From contig NZ_JAUXZW010000179.1 of assembly GCF_030693805.1 (NCBI RefSeq), positions 1 through 56,769 of the forward strand: a DNA stretch of 56,769 nucleotides, given 5' to 3'. The stretch comes from Phenylobacterium sp. (GTDB taxonomy: Bacteria > Pseudomonadota > Alphaproteobacteria > Caulobacterales > Caulobacteraceae). The first letter of the stretch is position 1. Each line of letters opens with the position of its first letter. Below are positions 7,748-17,907 of the stretch, piece by piece. The position numbers and the translations under genes were made by a program. The notes beneath the pieces were generated by a model. That model saw only the letters and a program-made list of their open reading frames with translations. It had not been told where the DNA came from and did no database searches.

Positions 7748-10271
7748 CGCGCCCATCGCGGTCCGCCGCCGGGAGGACCTGAAGCCCGCCGCCGCCGACC
7801 GATTGTCGAGCTGGCTGCGGAACTACAAACCCCTGCCCGGCGTCCCGGACGAGCTGTTCGACCGTACCGGGCGGCCGCGCGACTATTGGTTGAGCTTCCT
7901 GGGCGAGTTCGCCGAGTATCCGCAGGCCGAGTTCGAGAACCGCTTCAGCCTGGCGACGCGGCATATCCGCGACACCGGCGTGACCTATCGCATCTACGGC
8001 GAGGAGAACGAGCGCAGCTGGCCGCTCAGCCCGATGCCGCTGATCCTCAGCCAGGGCGAGTGGGCGCAGATCGCGGAGGGCGTCGAGCAGCGGGCCAACC
8101 TCATCGAGGCGCTGCTGCAGGATTTCTACGGCGAGGGCGCGCTGGTCGCGGAAGGCGCGCTGCCGGCCGCCGCCCTGACCGGCAGCGCCGATTTCGTGCG
8201 CGCCATGCGCGGGGTGAAGCCGCCCGGCGGTCGCTTCCTGCAACTCTACGCCGCCGACCTCGGCCGCGGACCGGACGGCCGCTGGTGGGTGCTGGACGAC
8301 CGCACCCAGGCGCCTTCAGGCGCCGGCTACGCGCTGGAGAGCCGGCTGGTGCTCTCGCGCGCCTATCCAAACCTCTACAACGCGATGAACGTGCAGCGTC
8401 TGGCGCCGTTCTTCGACGGACTGCGCAAGGGTCTGGCGGCCACCGCCGAGCGCGACGATCCGCGCATCTGCCTGCTGACCCCTGGCCCGTTCAGCGAAAC
8501 CTATTTCGAACAGGCCCACCTCGCCCGCTATCTTGGTTTCCTGCTGGTCGAGGGCGACGACCTGGTCGTGCGCGACGGCCGCGTGTACGTGCGCACCATC
8601 GCCGGCCTCAAGCGTGCGGACGTGATCCTGCGCCGTGTCGACGCCGACTTCATCGACCCGTTGGAGTTGAACAGCGCCTCGCACCTGGGCGTGCCCGGCC
8701 TGCTGGAGGCGATCCGTTCGGGCGGCGTGGCCGTGTTGAATATCCCGGGCTCCGGGGTGCTGGAGTCCAAGGCGCTGCTAGGCTTCCTGCCCAAGCTCTG
8801 CCGCCGCCTGCTGGGCGAAGAGCTGAAGATGCCCAATGTCGCCACGTGGTGGTGCGGCCAGCCGGTGGAGCGTGCGCTGGTCGAGCGCAATCTCGACAAC
8901 ATGGCGATCGCACCGGCGTTCAACGTGCCGGGCACGCTGGCCGCCATGGCCAAGCCCAGGCTGGTCGCCAGCATGTCGGCCGCCGAGAAGGCCGAGTTCC
9001 TGGCCCGTCTCAACGACCGCCCCGGCGACTATGTCGGCCAGGAGGTGGTGCGCCTGTCGACCACGCCGGTGCTGCGCGACGGCAGGCTGGAGCCTGCGCC
9101 GTTCGTGCTGAGGGTCTACGCCGCGATGACGCCGGACGGCATGAAGGTGATGCCCGGCGGTTTCTGCCGAACCTCCGACCACCCGGACGTGCGCGCCATC
9201 TCCATGGGCGAGGACGCGCGGACCAACGACGTGTGGGTGATCTCCGATCGTCCCGTCGAGCGCGTCACCTTGATGGCCAGCACCGAGGACGTGAAGGTGC
9301 GCCGCATCCTCGGCCATCTGCCCAGCCGCGCGGCCGACAACCTGTTCTGGCTGGGCCGCTACATCGAGCGCGCCGAGGCGACGCTGCGCCTGGTCCGCAG
9401 CCTGTGCACCAGCCTGATGGACTCGGAATCCGCCACCCACAGCGCCGGCGAGACGCTGGCCATCCTGCAGACACTGCTGATCGAGTGGGGCGCGCTGGAT
9501 GAGAAGGCCCTGGGCCGCCGGGCGATCGACGCCGGGCGAGACACCCTGCACGACGACAAGGCCTACGGTTCGGTGGTCAGCCTCGTGCGCTCCGCCCGGC
9601 GCACCGCGGCCAGCATGCGCGAACGGCTGTCGGCCGACTTCTGGACCCTGCTGATCAACCTCGAGGCCAGCCTGGTCGAAGGCGCCCATGAACTGCTGTC
9701 CGAGGCCGAGGTGCTGCAGCAGGTGGAAAACGCCCTGCAGATCCTGGCCGCGCTTTCGGGTCTCGCGCAGGAGAACATGAACCGCGTCGCCGGTTGGCGC
9801 TTCCTGGACATGGGCCGGCGCATCGAGCGTGGGGTGAACACCTGCCGCTTCACCCGCGCCCTGGCGCATGAAGAGGCGACCATCGACGACCTCGACCTCT
9901 TGCTCGACCTGGCCGACAGCCAGATCACCTATCGGGCGCGCTATCTGATCGGTCTGGCGCTGGCGCCGGTGCGTGACATGGTGGTGCTGGATCCGTTCAA
10001 CACCCGTTCGCTCGCCTTCCAGGTGGAGACCTTGAAGCAGCATCTCGACATCCTCCCGGCGTTGCAGGACGACGGCATGCTCGAGGAGCCGGACCGGGTG
10101 TTGCTGAACCTGGCAGCCCAGGTGGAGACCGAGACCGCCGCCCGCATCAACACCGATAAGATGATCGCCTTCGAGTTGGCGCTGATGCGGCTTTCCGACG
10201 CCATCGGCGAGCGCTTCTTCCTGCGCGGCGCCAATGCGGTGCCGACCGCAAAGCTTGCCGGGCTGGCGTGA
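7737..10271 (+). CDS. Circularly permuted type 2 ATP-grasp protein with C-terminal alpha-E domain
   Basis: DRTQAPSGAGYALE, YFEQAHLARYLG, LVEGDDL, DPLEL and VMPGG motifs. The alpha-E part has SRAADNLFWLGRYIERAE and GRRIER. The start overlaps the upstream stop. Confidence 0.92.
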   Translation: MATDAPIAVRRREDLKPAAADRLSSWLRNYKPLPGVPDELFDRTGRPRDYWLSFLGEFAEYPQAEFENRFSLATRHIRDTGVTYRIYGEENERSWPLSPMPLILSQGEWAQIAEGVEQRANLIEALLQDFYGEGALVAEGALPAAALTGSADFVRAMRGVKPPGGRFLQLYAADLGRGPDGRWWVLDDRTQAPSGAGYALESRLVLSRAYPNLYNAMNVQRLAPFFDGLRKGLAATAERDDPRICLLTPGPFSETYFEQAHLARYLGFLLVEGDDLVVRDGRVYVRTIAGLKRADVILRRVDADFIDPLELNSASHLGVPGLLEAIRSGGVAVLNIPGSGVLESKALLGFLPKLCRRLLGEELKMPNVATWWCGQPVERALVERNLDNMAIAPAFNVPGTLAAMAKPRLVASMSAAEKAEFLARLNDRPGDYVGQEVVRLSTTPVLRDGRLEPAPFVLRVYAAMTPDGMKVMPGGFCRTSDHPDVRAISMGEDARTNDVWVISDRPVERVTLMASTEDVKVRRILGHLPSRAADNLFWLGRYIERAEATLRLVRSLCTSLMDSESATHSAGETLAILQTLLIEWGALDEKALGRRAIDAGRDTLHDDKAYGSVVSLVRSARRTAASMRERLSADFWTLLINLEASLVEGAHELLSEAEVLQQVENALQILAALSGLAQENMNRVAGWRFLDMGRRIERGVNTCRFTRALAHEEATIDDLDLLLDLADSQITYRARYLIGLALAPVRDMVVLDPFNTRSLAFQVETLKQHLDILPALQDDGMLEEPDRVLLNLAAQVETETAARINTDKMIAFELALMRLSDAIGERFFLRGANAVPTAKLAGLA

Positions 10272-11209
10272 TCTACAACCTGCGCCATCGCACGACCTAC
10301 ACTTACGAATCCGCGGTGTCTTTCGCGCGCTGCGTGCTGCGACTGACGCCGCAGTCGTCGCCGGCCCAGACCGTGCTGGAGAGCTCGCTGGCGGTGACGC
10401 CGAGGCCGTCGAACATCATCGAGCGCACCGGCGCGTTCGGCGAGCACACGCTGACGGCGGTGATCGAGGAGCCTCACCTGGCGCTGGTCATCGAGGCCCG
10501 GTCGCGCATCGACGTTCATGCGCCCAGCCTGCAGCTCACGACCCCCAGTCCGTCGTGGGACGAGGTGCGCAAGCGCAGCGTGCGCGACGCCGACCTCGGC
10601 CCCGATGGACCGGCGGCCTACCTCTATCCGACCCGCCGCACGCCGATCGCCGCTGAGATCACCGAATATGCGCGGCCGAGTTTCGCCGAGGGCCGCCCGA
10701 TCATGGAGGCCGCCGGCGAGCTGATGACCCGGATGTACGCGGACTTCACCTATGATTCGAAGGCGACGACGGTCTCCACTCTGGCGCAGGAGGCGTTCAA
10801 GGCCCGCCGCGGCGTGTGCCAGGACTTCGCGCACATCATGATCAGCGGCCTGAAGGGCCTGGGTCTGCCGGCCGCCTACGTCAGCGGCTACCTGCGCACG
10901 ATCCCGCCGCCCGGACAGGCTCGCCTGGAGGGCGCCGACGCAACGCACGCCTGGGCGGCGGTTTGGTGCGGCGAAGGCCTGGGCTGGGTGGGCTTCGATC
11001 CGACCAACGGAATCCTCGCGCAGAACGACCACATCGTCCTGGCGCGCGGCCGCGACTATTCGGACGTGGCGCCGATCGACGGCATCATCCTGGCGCCCGG
11101 CGAACAGACCCTGAAGGTCGAGGTCGACGTGATCCCGGAAGACGAGCTGGTCGCCGCGATGCGGGCCGGCGGCATGCGTTCGCCGGTGGGGTTGGGCACC
11201 TTGCTGTGA
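10268..11209 (+). CDS. Transglutaminase family protein
   Basis: HRTTYTY N-terminal domain, GVCQDFAH, YVSGYL, THAW, GFDPTN, GRDYSDVAP. GTGA overlap with the upstream gene. Confidence 0.92.
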   Translation: MIYNLRHRTTYTYESAVSFARCVLRLTPQSSPAQTVLESSLAVTPRPSNIIERTGAFGEHTLTAVIEEPHLALVIEARSRIDVHAPSLQLTTPSPSWDEVRKRSVRDADLGPDGPAAYLYPTRRTPIAAEITEYARPSFAEGRPIMEAAGELMTRMYADFTYDSKATTVSTLAQEAFKARRGVCQDFAHIMISGLKGLGLPAAYVSGYLRTIPPPGQARLEGADATHAWAAVWCGEGLGWVGFDPTNGILAQNDHIVLARGRDYSDVAPIDGIILAPGEQTLKVEVDVIPEDELVAAMRAGGMRSPVGLGTLL

Positions 11210-11213
11210 TCGA

Positions 11214-11996
11214 TCAGGCGCGCGATGCGGCGCCCGTCCGCTGCAAGGCCCTGGGCAGCAGCGCGGCCACCATATCCGTCACCGCTTGGAGGCCCGCGGC
11301 GCCCGCCAGCAGGTCCTGGCGGACCTCCAGCTCCAGGTAGTCGAGCCCGCGCGCATCGGCGTGAAACGGGATGGTGTAGTCCACCTCGTCCATTCGGTAC
11401 GGCAGGTTGTCACCGACCGCGTCGCCGTGCGCCTCGACCAGCAGCGCGAGCACCGCGGAGGAGAACGCCGAGTCTCCACGGTGCAGCACGCCGTAGCGCC
11501 AGGGGCGGTCGAATCCAGCCATTCGCGGCGTGAAGCTGTGCAGCGCAACCAGCACCGTCGGCAGGCCCTTGCGCGCGCGATCGTCAAGTTCATGGGCGAT
11601 GGCGGCCTGGTAAGGCGCGTGGATCGCCCGCTCGCGCGCCTGCGCGGCCTCAGGCGTCAGATCGGCGTTGCCCGGGATCACGGTCTCGTCGCTGACCGAC
11701 GGGATCGCATCGGTCCGCGCCGGGTCCCGGTTGGAATCGATGACCAGCCGCGAGTAGCGTTGGCTGAGGAAGCAAGCACCGAGCGCCGCCGAAAGACGCA
11801 CGCCGAGTTCGGCGACGCCAAGGTCCCAGGCGATGTGCCGCTCCATATCCGCCGCCGACACGCCCAAGTCGTTGAGACCGCGCGGCACCGCCCGTCCCGC
11901 ATGGTCGCCGACCAGCAGGAATGGAGATGCGGCCCCTGGGTTCAACACCAGGGCGGGAGCGGGATCGTTGGGCGTCAGGAGCGGCTTCGAAGACAT
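11214..11996 (-). CDS. N-formylglutamate amidohydrolase family protein
   Basis: DHAG, HIAWDLG, YSRLVIDSNR, LHSFTP, GDNLPY and LEVRQDL motifs. The ATG is at 11996; the longer ORF to 13103 is shadow overlap. Confidence 0.9.
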   Translation of the reverse strand: MSSKPLLTPNDPAPALVLNPGAASPFLLVGDHAGRAVPRGLNDLGVSAADMERHIAWDLGVAELGVRLSAALGACFLSQRYSRLVIDSNRDPARTDAIPSVSDETVIPGNADLTPEAAQARERAIHAPYQAAIAHELDDRARKGLPTVLVALHSFTPRMAGFDRPWRYGVLHRGDSAFSSAVLALLVEAHGDAVGDNLPYRMDEVDYTIPFHADARGLDYLELEVRQDLLAGAAGLQAVTDMVAALLPRALQRTGAASRA

Positions 11997-12167
11997 CCAG
12001 GGTGTGAACTCCGACTGGCGCGCCGGCGCCTGGAAACCGGCCAGCGAGGCCTGTGAACGCCGCAGCTGCACGCGCGCCGGCCGCCTCCGACTACAGAGTG
12101 GCGGTCGCTGTGCAACCTGTTTCGCATTTCCGCCTTGCCCCAGCATGACCAGCGAAGGGGGAAGATC

Positions 12168-12995
12168 ATGCGGATAAGCGCTGGATACGAGATCACCTTC
12201 GACTGCCCGGCGCCAACGCCGATGCTGCTGCAGCTCAGCGTGCATCCTTCGCGCGTCGGAGACCTCGAGACGCCGGATGTCATGGTCACCGACCCCATGG
12301 TGTCGGTCAGCCAGTACCACGACCTGTTCGGCAATTTTGTCAGCCGCATCCTGGCCCCAGCCGGGCGCATCGTCCTGCGCAACCGGTTCGTGATCCGCGA
12401 CAGCGGCGCCTACGATGCGCCGCTGCCCGAAGCCGGCCAATTGCCGGTCGAAGACCTGCCGGACGACGTGATTCTCTATCTTCTCGGCAGCCGCTATTGT
12501 GAGACCGATCAGCTCTCGAACCTCGCCTGGACGCTGTTCGGCGGCGTCGCGCCGGGGTCGGCGCGGGTGCAGGCGATCCTCGACTATGTGCACCGCCACA
12601 TCACCTTCGGCTACGAGCACGCCCGTGCGACCAAGACCGCCCTGGAGGCCCATGAGGAGCAGTTCGGCGTCTGCCGCGACTTCGCCCACCTGGCGATCAC
12701 CCTGTGCCGGTGCATGAACATCCCCGCCCGCTACTGCACCGGCTATCTCGGCGACATCGGGGTGCCGATCTCGCCGGCGCCGATGGATTTTAGCGCCTGG
12801 TTCGAGGTCTATCTGGATGGCGCCTGGCGCACCTGCGACGCCCGCCACAACACGCCGCGCATCGGCCGCGTGCTGATGGCCCGAGGGCGCGACGCCACGG
12901 ATGCGGCGATCTCCACCGCCTTCGGCACGGCCTTCCTGGCCGGCTTCACGGTGATCACCGACGAACTGCCGGAACGTCAGAGCGCGTCCCTGTAG
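12168..12995 (+). CDS. Transglutaminase family protein
   Basis: YLLGSRYCETD, GVCRDFAHL, NIPARYCTGYLGD, DFSAWFEVYL, GRDATD. A purine-rich SD precedes ATG 12168. Confidence 0.9.
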   Translation: MRISAGYEITFDCPAPTPMLLQLSVHPSRVGDLETPDVMVTDPMVSVSQYHDLFGNFVSRILAPAGRIVLRNRFVIRDSGAYDAPLPEAGQLPVEDLPDDVILYLLGSRYCETDQLSNLAWTLFGGVAPGSARVQAILDYVHRHITFGYEHARATKTALEAHEEQFGVCRDFAHLAITLCRCMNIPARYCTGYLGDIGVPISPAPMDFSAWFEVYLDGAWRTCDARHNTPRIGRVLMARGRDATDAAISTAFGTAFLAGFTVITDELPERQSASL

Positions 12996-13114
12996 GTCTC
13001 CTCCCCCAACCGCGGCGTGGCGCTGTTGCATTTGCAGTTGACCGTCTCCCCCGACTGATCGAAGGCCGGGCCATGGTGCGGCCGCAAGGCCCCAACCGGT
13101 CAAAGGGGATTTCG

Positions 13115-13855
13115 GTGAAGGATCTGGATTTCAGCGGCAAGCGCGCTCTGGTGGTCGGCGGTTCGAGCGGCATCGGCAACGGCATCGCTCACGCCTTCCT
13201 GGACAGAGGCGCCGTTGTCCACGTCACCGGAACGCGCGCCTCGGCGGACCAGTATGACGCCGCCTCGGGATCTGACCTGGCGGGCCTGAACTACAGCCAG
13301 CTCAACGTGTCCGACACCTCGGCGGTGGAATCCTGGACCCCGGCGTTCGACACCCTCGACATCCTCGTGCTGTGCCAGGGCGTCGTGGAGTATCGCCGCG
13401 CGGAGTTCCAGATGGAGACCTTCCGACGTGTGGTTGAGGTCAACCTGAACAGCCTCATGGCCTGCGCGGTGAAGTTCCAGCCCATGCTGGCCAAAGCCAA
13501 GGGCAGCCTGATCACCGTGTCGTCCGCCGGCGGCATCCGCACCACCCGCGGCAACCCGGCCTACGCCGCATCGAAAGCCGGCGCGATCCACCTCACCGCC
13601 ACCCTCGCCGATGCGTGGGCGGGCCAGGGCATCCGGGTGAACGGCGTTGCGCCGGGCCTGGTCGCGACCAAGATGACCGAGGTGACGGTCGCCGATCCCG
13701 AGCGCCTGGCCGAACGCCTCAAGGGCATCCCGATCAGGCGGCTGGGCGAGATCAAGGAGATCGCCGGCGTCGTCCTGTTCCTGGCCTCTCCGCTGTCGGG
13801 CTATGTGGTCGGCCAGACCATCGTCAGCGACGGCGGCCGCACACTGTCTTCCTGA
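13115..13855 (+). CDS. SDR family oxidoreductase
   Basis: GGSSGIG, YAASK, IRVNGVAPG and DGG motifs. GTG start after AAGGGG. Confidence 0.9.
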   Translation: MKDLDFSGKRALVVGGSSGIGNGIAHAFLDRGAVVHVTGTRASADQYDAASGSDLAGLNYSQLNVSDTSAVESWTPAFDTLDILVLCQGVVEYRRAEFQMETFRRVVEVNLNSLMACAVKFQPMLAKAKGSLITVSSAGGIRTTRGNPAYAASKAGAIHLTATLADAWAGQGIRVNGVAPGLVATKMTEVTVADPERLAERLKGIPIRRLGEIKEIAGVVLFLASPLSGYVVGQTIVSDGGRTLSS

Positions 13856-13960
13856 GGCGCAGAGCGCGTTGCGACGCCACCCCGCTATCCATCCTGCGAC
13901 TGATCGCCCGCAGTCCATGCGTTGGCGCACTTTTAACGCCGATCCACCTAGGGTCGTCGC

Positions 13961-16102
13961 GTGCGAAGTTTTACCTCTATAAGTGAAAGCCCCAGCGCGA
14001 GCCGTCGCGATGTGCGACGGCTGCTCGGCCTGGGCGCGATTGTGGTGTTCATCGTGCTGTTGGGGAGCGCCGCCATGCTGGCGCTCGCCTCCACGGCCGT
14101 GGACCGTCTGCAGTCCCAGGAGGAACGCTTCCTCGTCCAGCGCACGCTCGAGCGCCTGGAAGAGCGGCTGGCCAGCGACATCACCACGGCGAGCGTCTGG
14201 GACCAGGCCTACGCCAAGCTCTCGCCGGGCGGCGATCTGGAGTGGGCGGACGCCGAGATCGGCACCTACTTCGCCAACAACCGCGATCATGACCGCACCA
14301 TGGTGTTCGACAGCGCCGACCGGCCCTTCTACGCCTTTGAAGAAGGCCGGCGCACGGCGCCCGCGGCGATGCGCCAGTTCGAGCATGACGTCCGCCCGAT
14401 GCTAGCCGGGATGCGAGCCGTCGAGCGGATGGAGCGCCCTCCCAGCCATGACCGCCGCCCTACCGATCCGGGCCTCGCCACGACAGCGCGAGGCGTCTTG
14501 AAGTCGAGCGGGCGCTACTACCTTGTCGCCGCATCCACCGTGACGCCCGAGGTGTGGAGCGCGCCGCGCCGCCCGGGCCCCGCCGTCATCGTGGTCTCGG
14601 CCCAGCGCATGGACGGCCAGTTCCTGTCCGCGCTGAAGCAGGAACTCCGCGTCCAGGAAGCCTCAATCCAGCCACAGGGACAGGCCGGCAAGGACATGCT
14701 GCCGATCGTCGACATCAGCGGCCATTCCGTCGGCAGCATCACCTGGCAGGCGCATCGACCGGGCCTCGAGGTGCTGCGCTCCGCGGCGCCGGCGATCGTC
14801 ATGGGCTTCCTGGCGCTGCTGGCCGCCGCCACGGCGCTAGCGTTTCGCGTTCGCTCCATTGTCTTGCGCCTCGACGCAAACGAAGCCAGCCTCTCGCAGG
14901 CGATCGCCGATCTGGTGCGCGCCCGCGACGCGGCGCAGGACGCTAACCGCGCCAAGAGCGAATTCCTCGCCAACATGAGCCACGAGATCCGCACGCCGCT
15001 GAACGGAGTGCTGGGAATGGTCCAGGTTCTGGAGCGTAGCGACCTGGGTTCGCCGCACGCCGAGCGGCTGAAGATCGTCCGCGATTCCGGCGAGACGCTG
15101 CTGGCCGTGCTCAACGACATCCTCGACCTGTCGAAGATCGAGGCCGGCCGCATGGAGCTGGAGACCGGCGATTTCGACCTCGAGGAGACGATCAACGCCG
15201 TCTGTCGCCCGTTCGCGGGCCTCGCCGCCCGCAAGGACGTCGCGTTCGACATCGCGATCGAGCCTTCGGCGCTGGGGGTCTGGCGTGGCGATGCGGTGCG
15301 CATTCGCCAGGTCCTCGGCAATCTCGCCTCCAACGCCGTCAAGTTCACCGACCATGGCAGTGTCCGCGTGGAAGTCGCCTGCTCGCCAGGCGGCCTGCAA
15401 TTGACCATCAGCGACACCGGCCTCGGCATAACCAAGGACTCCATGCCGCGGTTGTTCAGCAAGTTCGTCCAGGCCGACGCCTCGGTGACGCGCCGTTTCG
15501 GCGGCACGGGCCTGGGTCTTTCGATCTGTCGCGAACTCGTGGAGATGATGGGTGGGGCGCTCACGGTGAGCAGCACGGAGGGCGTCGGCTCGACCTTCAC
15601 CCTTACCCTGCCGCTCGTCCGCGGATCGGCGGCTGTGGCCTCGATGGCGCGCAAGGATGGACTTGCCGAGCCCGAACACCTCGCAGTGCGGATCCTCGCG
15701 GCCGACGACAACACCACCAATCAGATGCTGCTCCAGGCCCTGCTGGAGCCTTTGGGCGTCGAGTTGACGCTCGCCGCCGACGGGCGTGAAGCCGTCGCCG
15801 CGTTCAATGCGGGCGCCTTCGATGTGGTGCTGATGGACATCCAGATGCCGGAGATGGACGGCGTCGAGGCCGCCCAGGCGATGCGGGCGATCGAAGCGGC
15901 GCGCGTTGGTCCGCAGACACCGATCCTGGCGCTCTCGGCCAACGCCATGACCCATCAGATCGAGGGCTACCTCGCCGCGGGCATGAACGGCTTCGTCGCC
16001 AAGCCGATCAACGCCGCCCTCCTGCTGTCCGCGATCCAGGACGCGATCAACGCGGGCGACGCAGTGACGGCCGAGCCAAGAACCAGCCAGAGCGTCGCCT
16101 GA
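13961..16102 (+). CDS. Hybrid sensor histidine kinase (CHASE4-like periplasmic sensor, HisKA, HATPase, REC)
   Basis: Two TM segments flank a WDQAY-containing domain. FLANMSHEIRTPLNG, NAVKFT, DTGLG and GGTGLGL are present, then a receiver ILAADDN..MDIQMP..KP. Confidence 0.92.
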   Translation: MRSFTSISESPSASRRDVRRLLGLGAIVVFIVLLGSAAMLALASTAVDRLQSQEERFLVQRTLERLEERLASDITTASVWDQAYAKLSPGGDLEWADAEIGTYFANNRDHDRTMVFDSADRPFYAFEEGRRTAPAAMRQFEHDVRPMLAGMRAVERMERPPSHDRRPTDPGLATTARGVLKSSGRYYLVAASTVTPEVWSAPRRPGPAVIVVSAQRMDGQFLSALKQELRVQEASIQPQGQAGKDMLPIVDISGHSVGSITWQAHRPGLEVLRSAAPAIVMGFLALLAAATALAFRVRSIVLRLDANEASLSQAIADLVRARDAAQDANRAKSEFLANMSHEIRTPLNGVLGMVQVLERSDLGSPHAERLKIVRDSGETLLAVLNDILDLSKIEAGRMELETGDFDLEETINAVCRPFAGLAARKDVAFDIAIEPSALGVWRGDAVRIRQVLGNLASNAVKFTDHGSVRVEVACSPGGLQLTISDTGLGITKDSMPRLFSKFVQADASVTRRFGGTGLGLSICRELVEMMGGALTVSSTEGVGSTFTLTLPLVRGSAAVASMARKDGLAEPEHLAVRILAADDNTTNQMLLQALLEPLGVELTLAADGREAVAAFNAGAFDVVLMDIQMPEMDGVEAAQAMRAIEAARVGPQTPILALSANAMTHQIEGYLAAGMNGFVAKPINAALLLSAIQDAINAGDAVTAEPRTSQSVA

Positions 16103-16192
16103 ATCTGTCGGCCCGCGCCCCGTATTCTCCCGCGGCTTGACCCCCTCGCCGGTCGGGGCGGCGCAGCGCTCGCCGCCACGCCGGCCGGGTCG

Positions 16193-16411
16193 CTGCGCAT
16201 TCTCGCGGCCGAGGATAATCCGACGAACCAACTGGTGCTGAAGACTGTGCTGCAGTCGCTGGGCCTCACCGCGGTGATCGTCGAGAACGGCCGCGAGGCG
16301 GTCGAGGCGTGGGATACGGGGTCTTTCGATCTGATCCTGAACAAGCTCTATGCGGCGCTGGACGCGCTGGAGAGGCCCGATGACGCCGAGCCGCAGGCGC
16401 TGATCGCCTAG
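16193..16411 (+). pseudogene. Truncated receiver-domain remnant, in frame with the upstream kinase but after its stop
   Basis: Reads LRILAAEDNPTNQLVLKTVLQSLGLTAVIVENGREAVEAWDTGSFDLIL|NKLYAALDALERP...*. The MD-MP..KP core is deleted and there is no start codon ahead of it. Confidence 0.75.
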
Positions 16412-16412
16412 C

Positions 16413-17753
16413 TCAATCTTCGAGGATGAGGCTGTGGCGGCGGGTGTCACGCATCAGCATCGCCACCACCAGGCCCGCGGCCAGCAGGCCGGCGATGATC
16501 CAGAACATCACCGGCTCGTGCCCGGCCTTCTTCAGCGACAGCGCCGTCGTGCCGACGTTGCCGCCGAACAGCGCCTGAGCCAGCGCGTAGGGCACCGCGA
16601 CGCCTGAGGCGCGCAGATGCGCGGGGAACAGCTCCGCCTTGATGATCGCGCTGATCGCGGTGTAGCCGGTCAGCGCGACCAGCGGCGGCAGGCACAGCAG
16701 GAACGCCTGGCTCGCAGTTGTCGCCGCCATGATCGCCATGCTGATCGGATAGGTCATCAGCGCGCCCAGGCCGAAGCTGGCGATCAGGATCGGCCTGCGG
16801 CCCACCTGGTCCGACAGCCAGCCGACCAGCGGCTGCATGGCCATGAAGCAGACCAGCAGGGCGGTGGTGATCAGGGCTGCAGCCTCCTTGCCGAAGCCGT
16901 CGCCCGTCGGCCCCGCCGCGCTATTGACCAGGAAGTCCTTCATGTAGGTCGTGAAGAAGTAGAAGGCCGCGCCGCCGCCGGCGGTGAGCACGAAGATCAT
17001 CGCCGTCTCGCGCGGATAGTGCGTGAACAGCATCATCGACTTGCCGCGGGACTCATGTTCACCGGCCGTGGCGAACGCCGGGGTCTCATGCATGCGCATG
17101 CGGATCCAAAACACCACCACGGCGAACATCGCGCCGATGACGAACGGGATGCGCCAGCCCCAGGCCTGGAGCTGCGCCTCGGTGAGCAGTTGCTGCAGGA
17201 TCACCAGCAGCAGCACGGCGGCGAGCTGGCCTGCGATCAGCGTCACATAGAGGAAGCCCGACCAGAACCCGCGATGCTTGCGGCTCGACATCTCGCTGAC
17301 GTAGGTGGCCGAGGCGCCGTACTCGCCGCCAACCGACAGGCCTTGGGCGATCCGCGCGACGGTCAGCAGCAGCGGCGCGAGCAGGCCGATCTGGCCGCTG
17401 GTTGGGATCAGCGCGATCATCAGCGAACCCGCGCACATCAGCGACACCGACAAGGTCAGCGCCGCCTTGCGCCCGGCCTTGTCGGCATAGACGCCCATCA
17501 GATAGGCGCCGAGCGGCCGCGCCACGAAGCCCAGGGCGAACGGCAGATAGGTCTTCAGCAGCCGGGTGGTCTGGTCGTCGCCCGGAAAGATCGCCGACGA
17601 GAAATAAATGGCGAAGGAGACATAGGCGAACCAGTCGAACCACTCGACGAAGTTGCCCGCCGATCCGCCCAGGATGTTGCGCAGACGCTGCATGGGCGTA
17701 AGCCCCACGGCGCCGACCGGCGATAGATCGGACGTGGCGCCGGTCTCGGCCAT
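16413..17753 (-). CDS. MFS metabolite:H+ symporter (MHS family, KgtP-like)
   Basis: GNFVEWFDW, ADKAGRK, QGLSVGGEYG, WGWRIPF and AELFPAHLRASG motifs. Confidence 0.9.
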   Translation of the reverse strand: MAETGATSDLSPVGAVGLTPMQRLRNILGGSAGNFVEWFDWFAYVSFAIYFSSAIFPGDDQTTRLLKTYLPFALGFVARPLGAYLMGVYADKAGRKAALTLSVSLMCAGSLMIALIPTSGQIGLLAPLLLTVARIAQGLSVGGEYGASATYVSEMSSRKHRGFWSGFLYVTLIAGQLAAVLLLVILQQLLTEAQLQAWGWRIPFVIGAMFAVVVFWIRMRMHETPAFATAGEHESRGKSMMLFTHYPRETAMIFVLTAGGGAAFYFFTTYMKDFLVNSAAGPTGDGFGKEAAALITTALLVCFMAMQPLVGWLSDQVGRRPILIASFGLGALMTYPISMAIMAATTASQAFLLCLPPLVALTGYTAISAIIKAELFPAHLRASGVAVPYALAQALFGGNVGTTALSLKKAGHEPVMFWIIAGLLAAGLVVAMLMRDTRRHSLILED

Positions 17754-17907
17754 CGTGGTTCCCCAATGCGCCGCGCAGGCGTCATCCGCTTCTACGATGC
17801 GGGCGGCGTAGCGTCATGGCGATTCCGCGGCGCGGCGCAGCTGTGCATGCACTCGCTCCATCACTGAAGACTCGCCTACACCCCTTGGGCGCGAGACCAA
17901 CCCGCCC

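Noticed and set aside
4351-13072. RiPP (graspetide-type) precursor peptide near the ATP-grasp gene
   Set aside because: The enzyme is the circularly permuted type with alpha-E, not a RimK/microviridin ligase, and I found no short precursor-like ORF in the spacers.
11997-13103. 629-aa version of the amidohydrolase ORF as a fusion protein
   Set aside because: The extension is antisense to the transglutaminase at 12168-12995. Homology starts at ATG 11996.
13015-13940. Sigma-54 promoter-like TGGC...TTGC sequences near 13018 and 13923
   Set aside because: The spacing or the -12 element does not fit the -24/-12 consensus.
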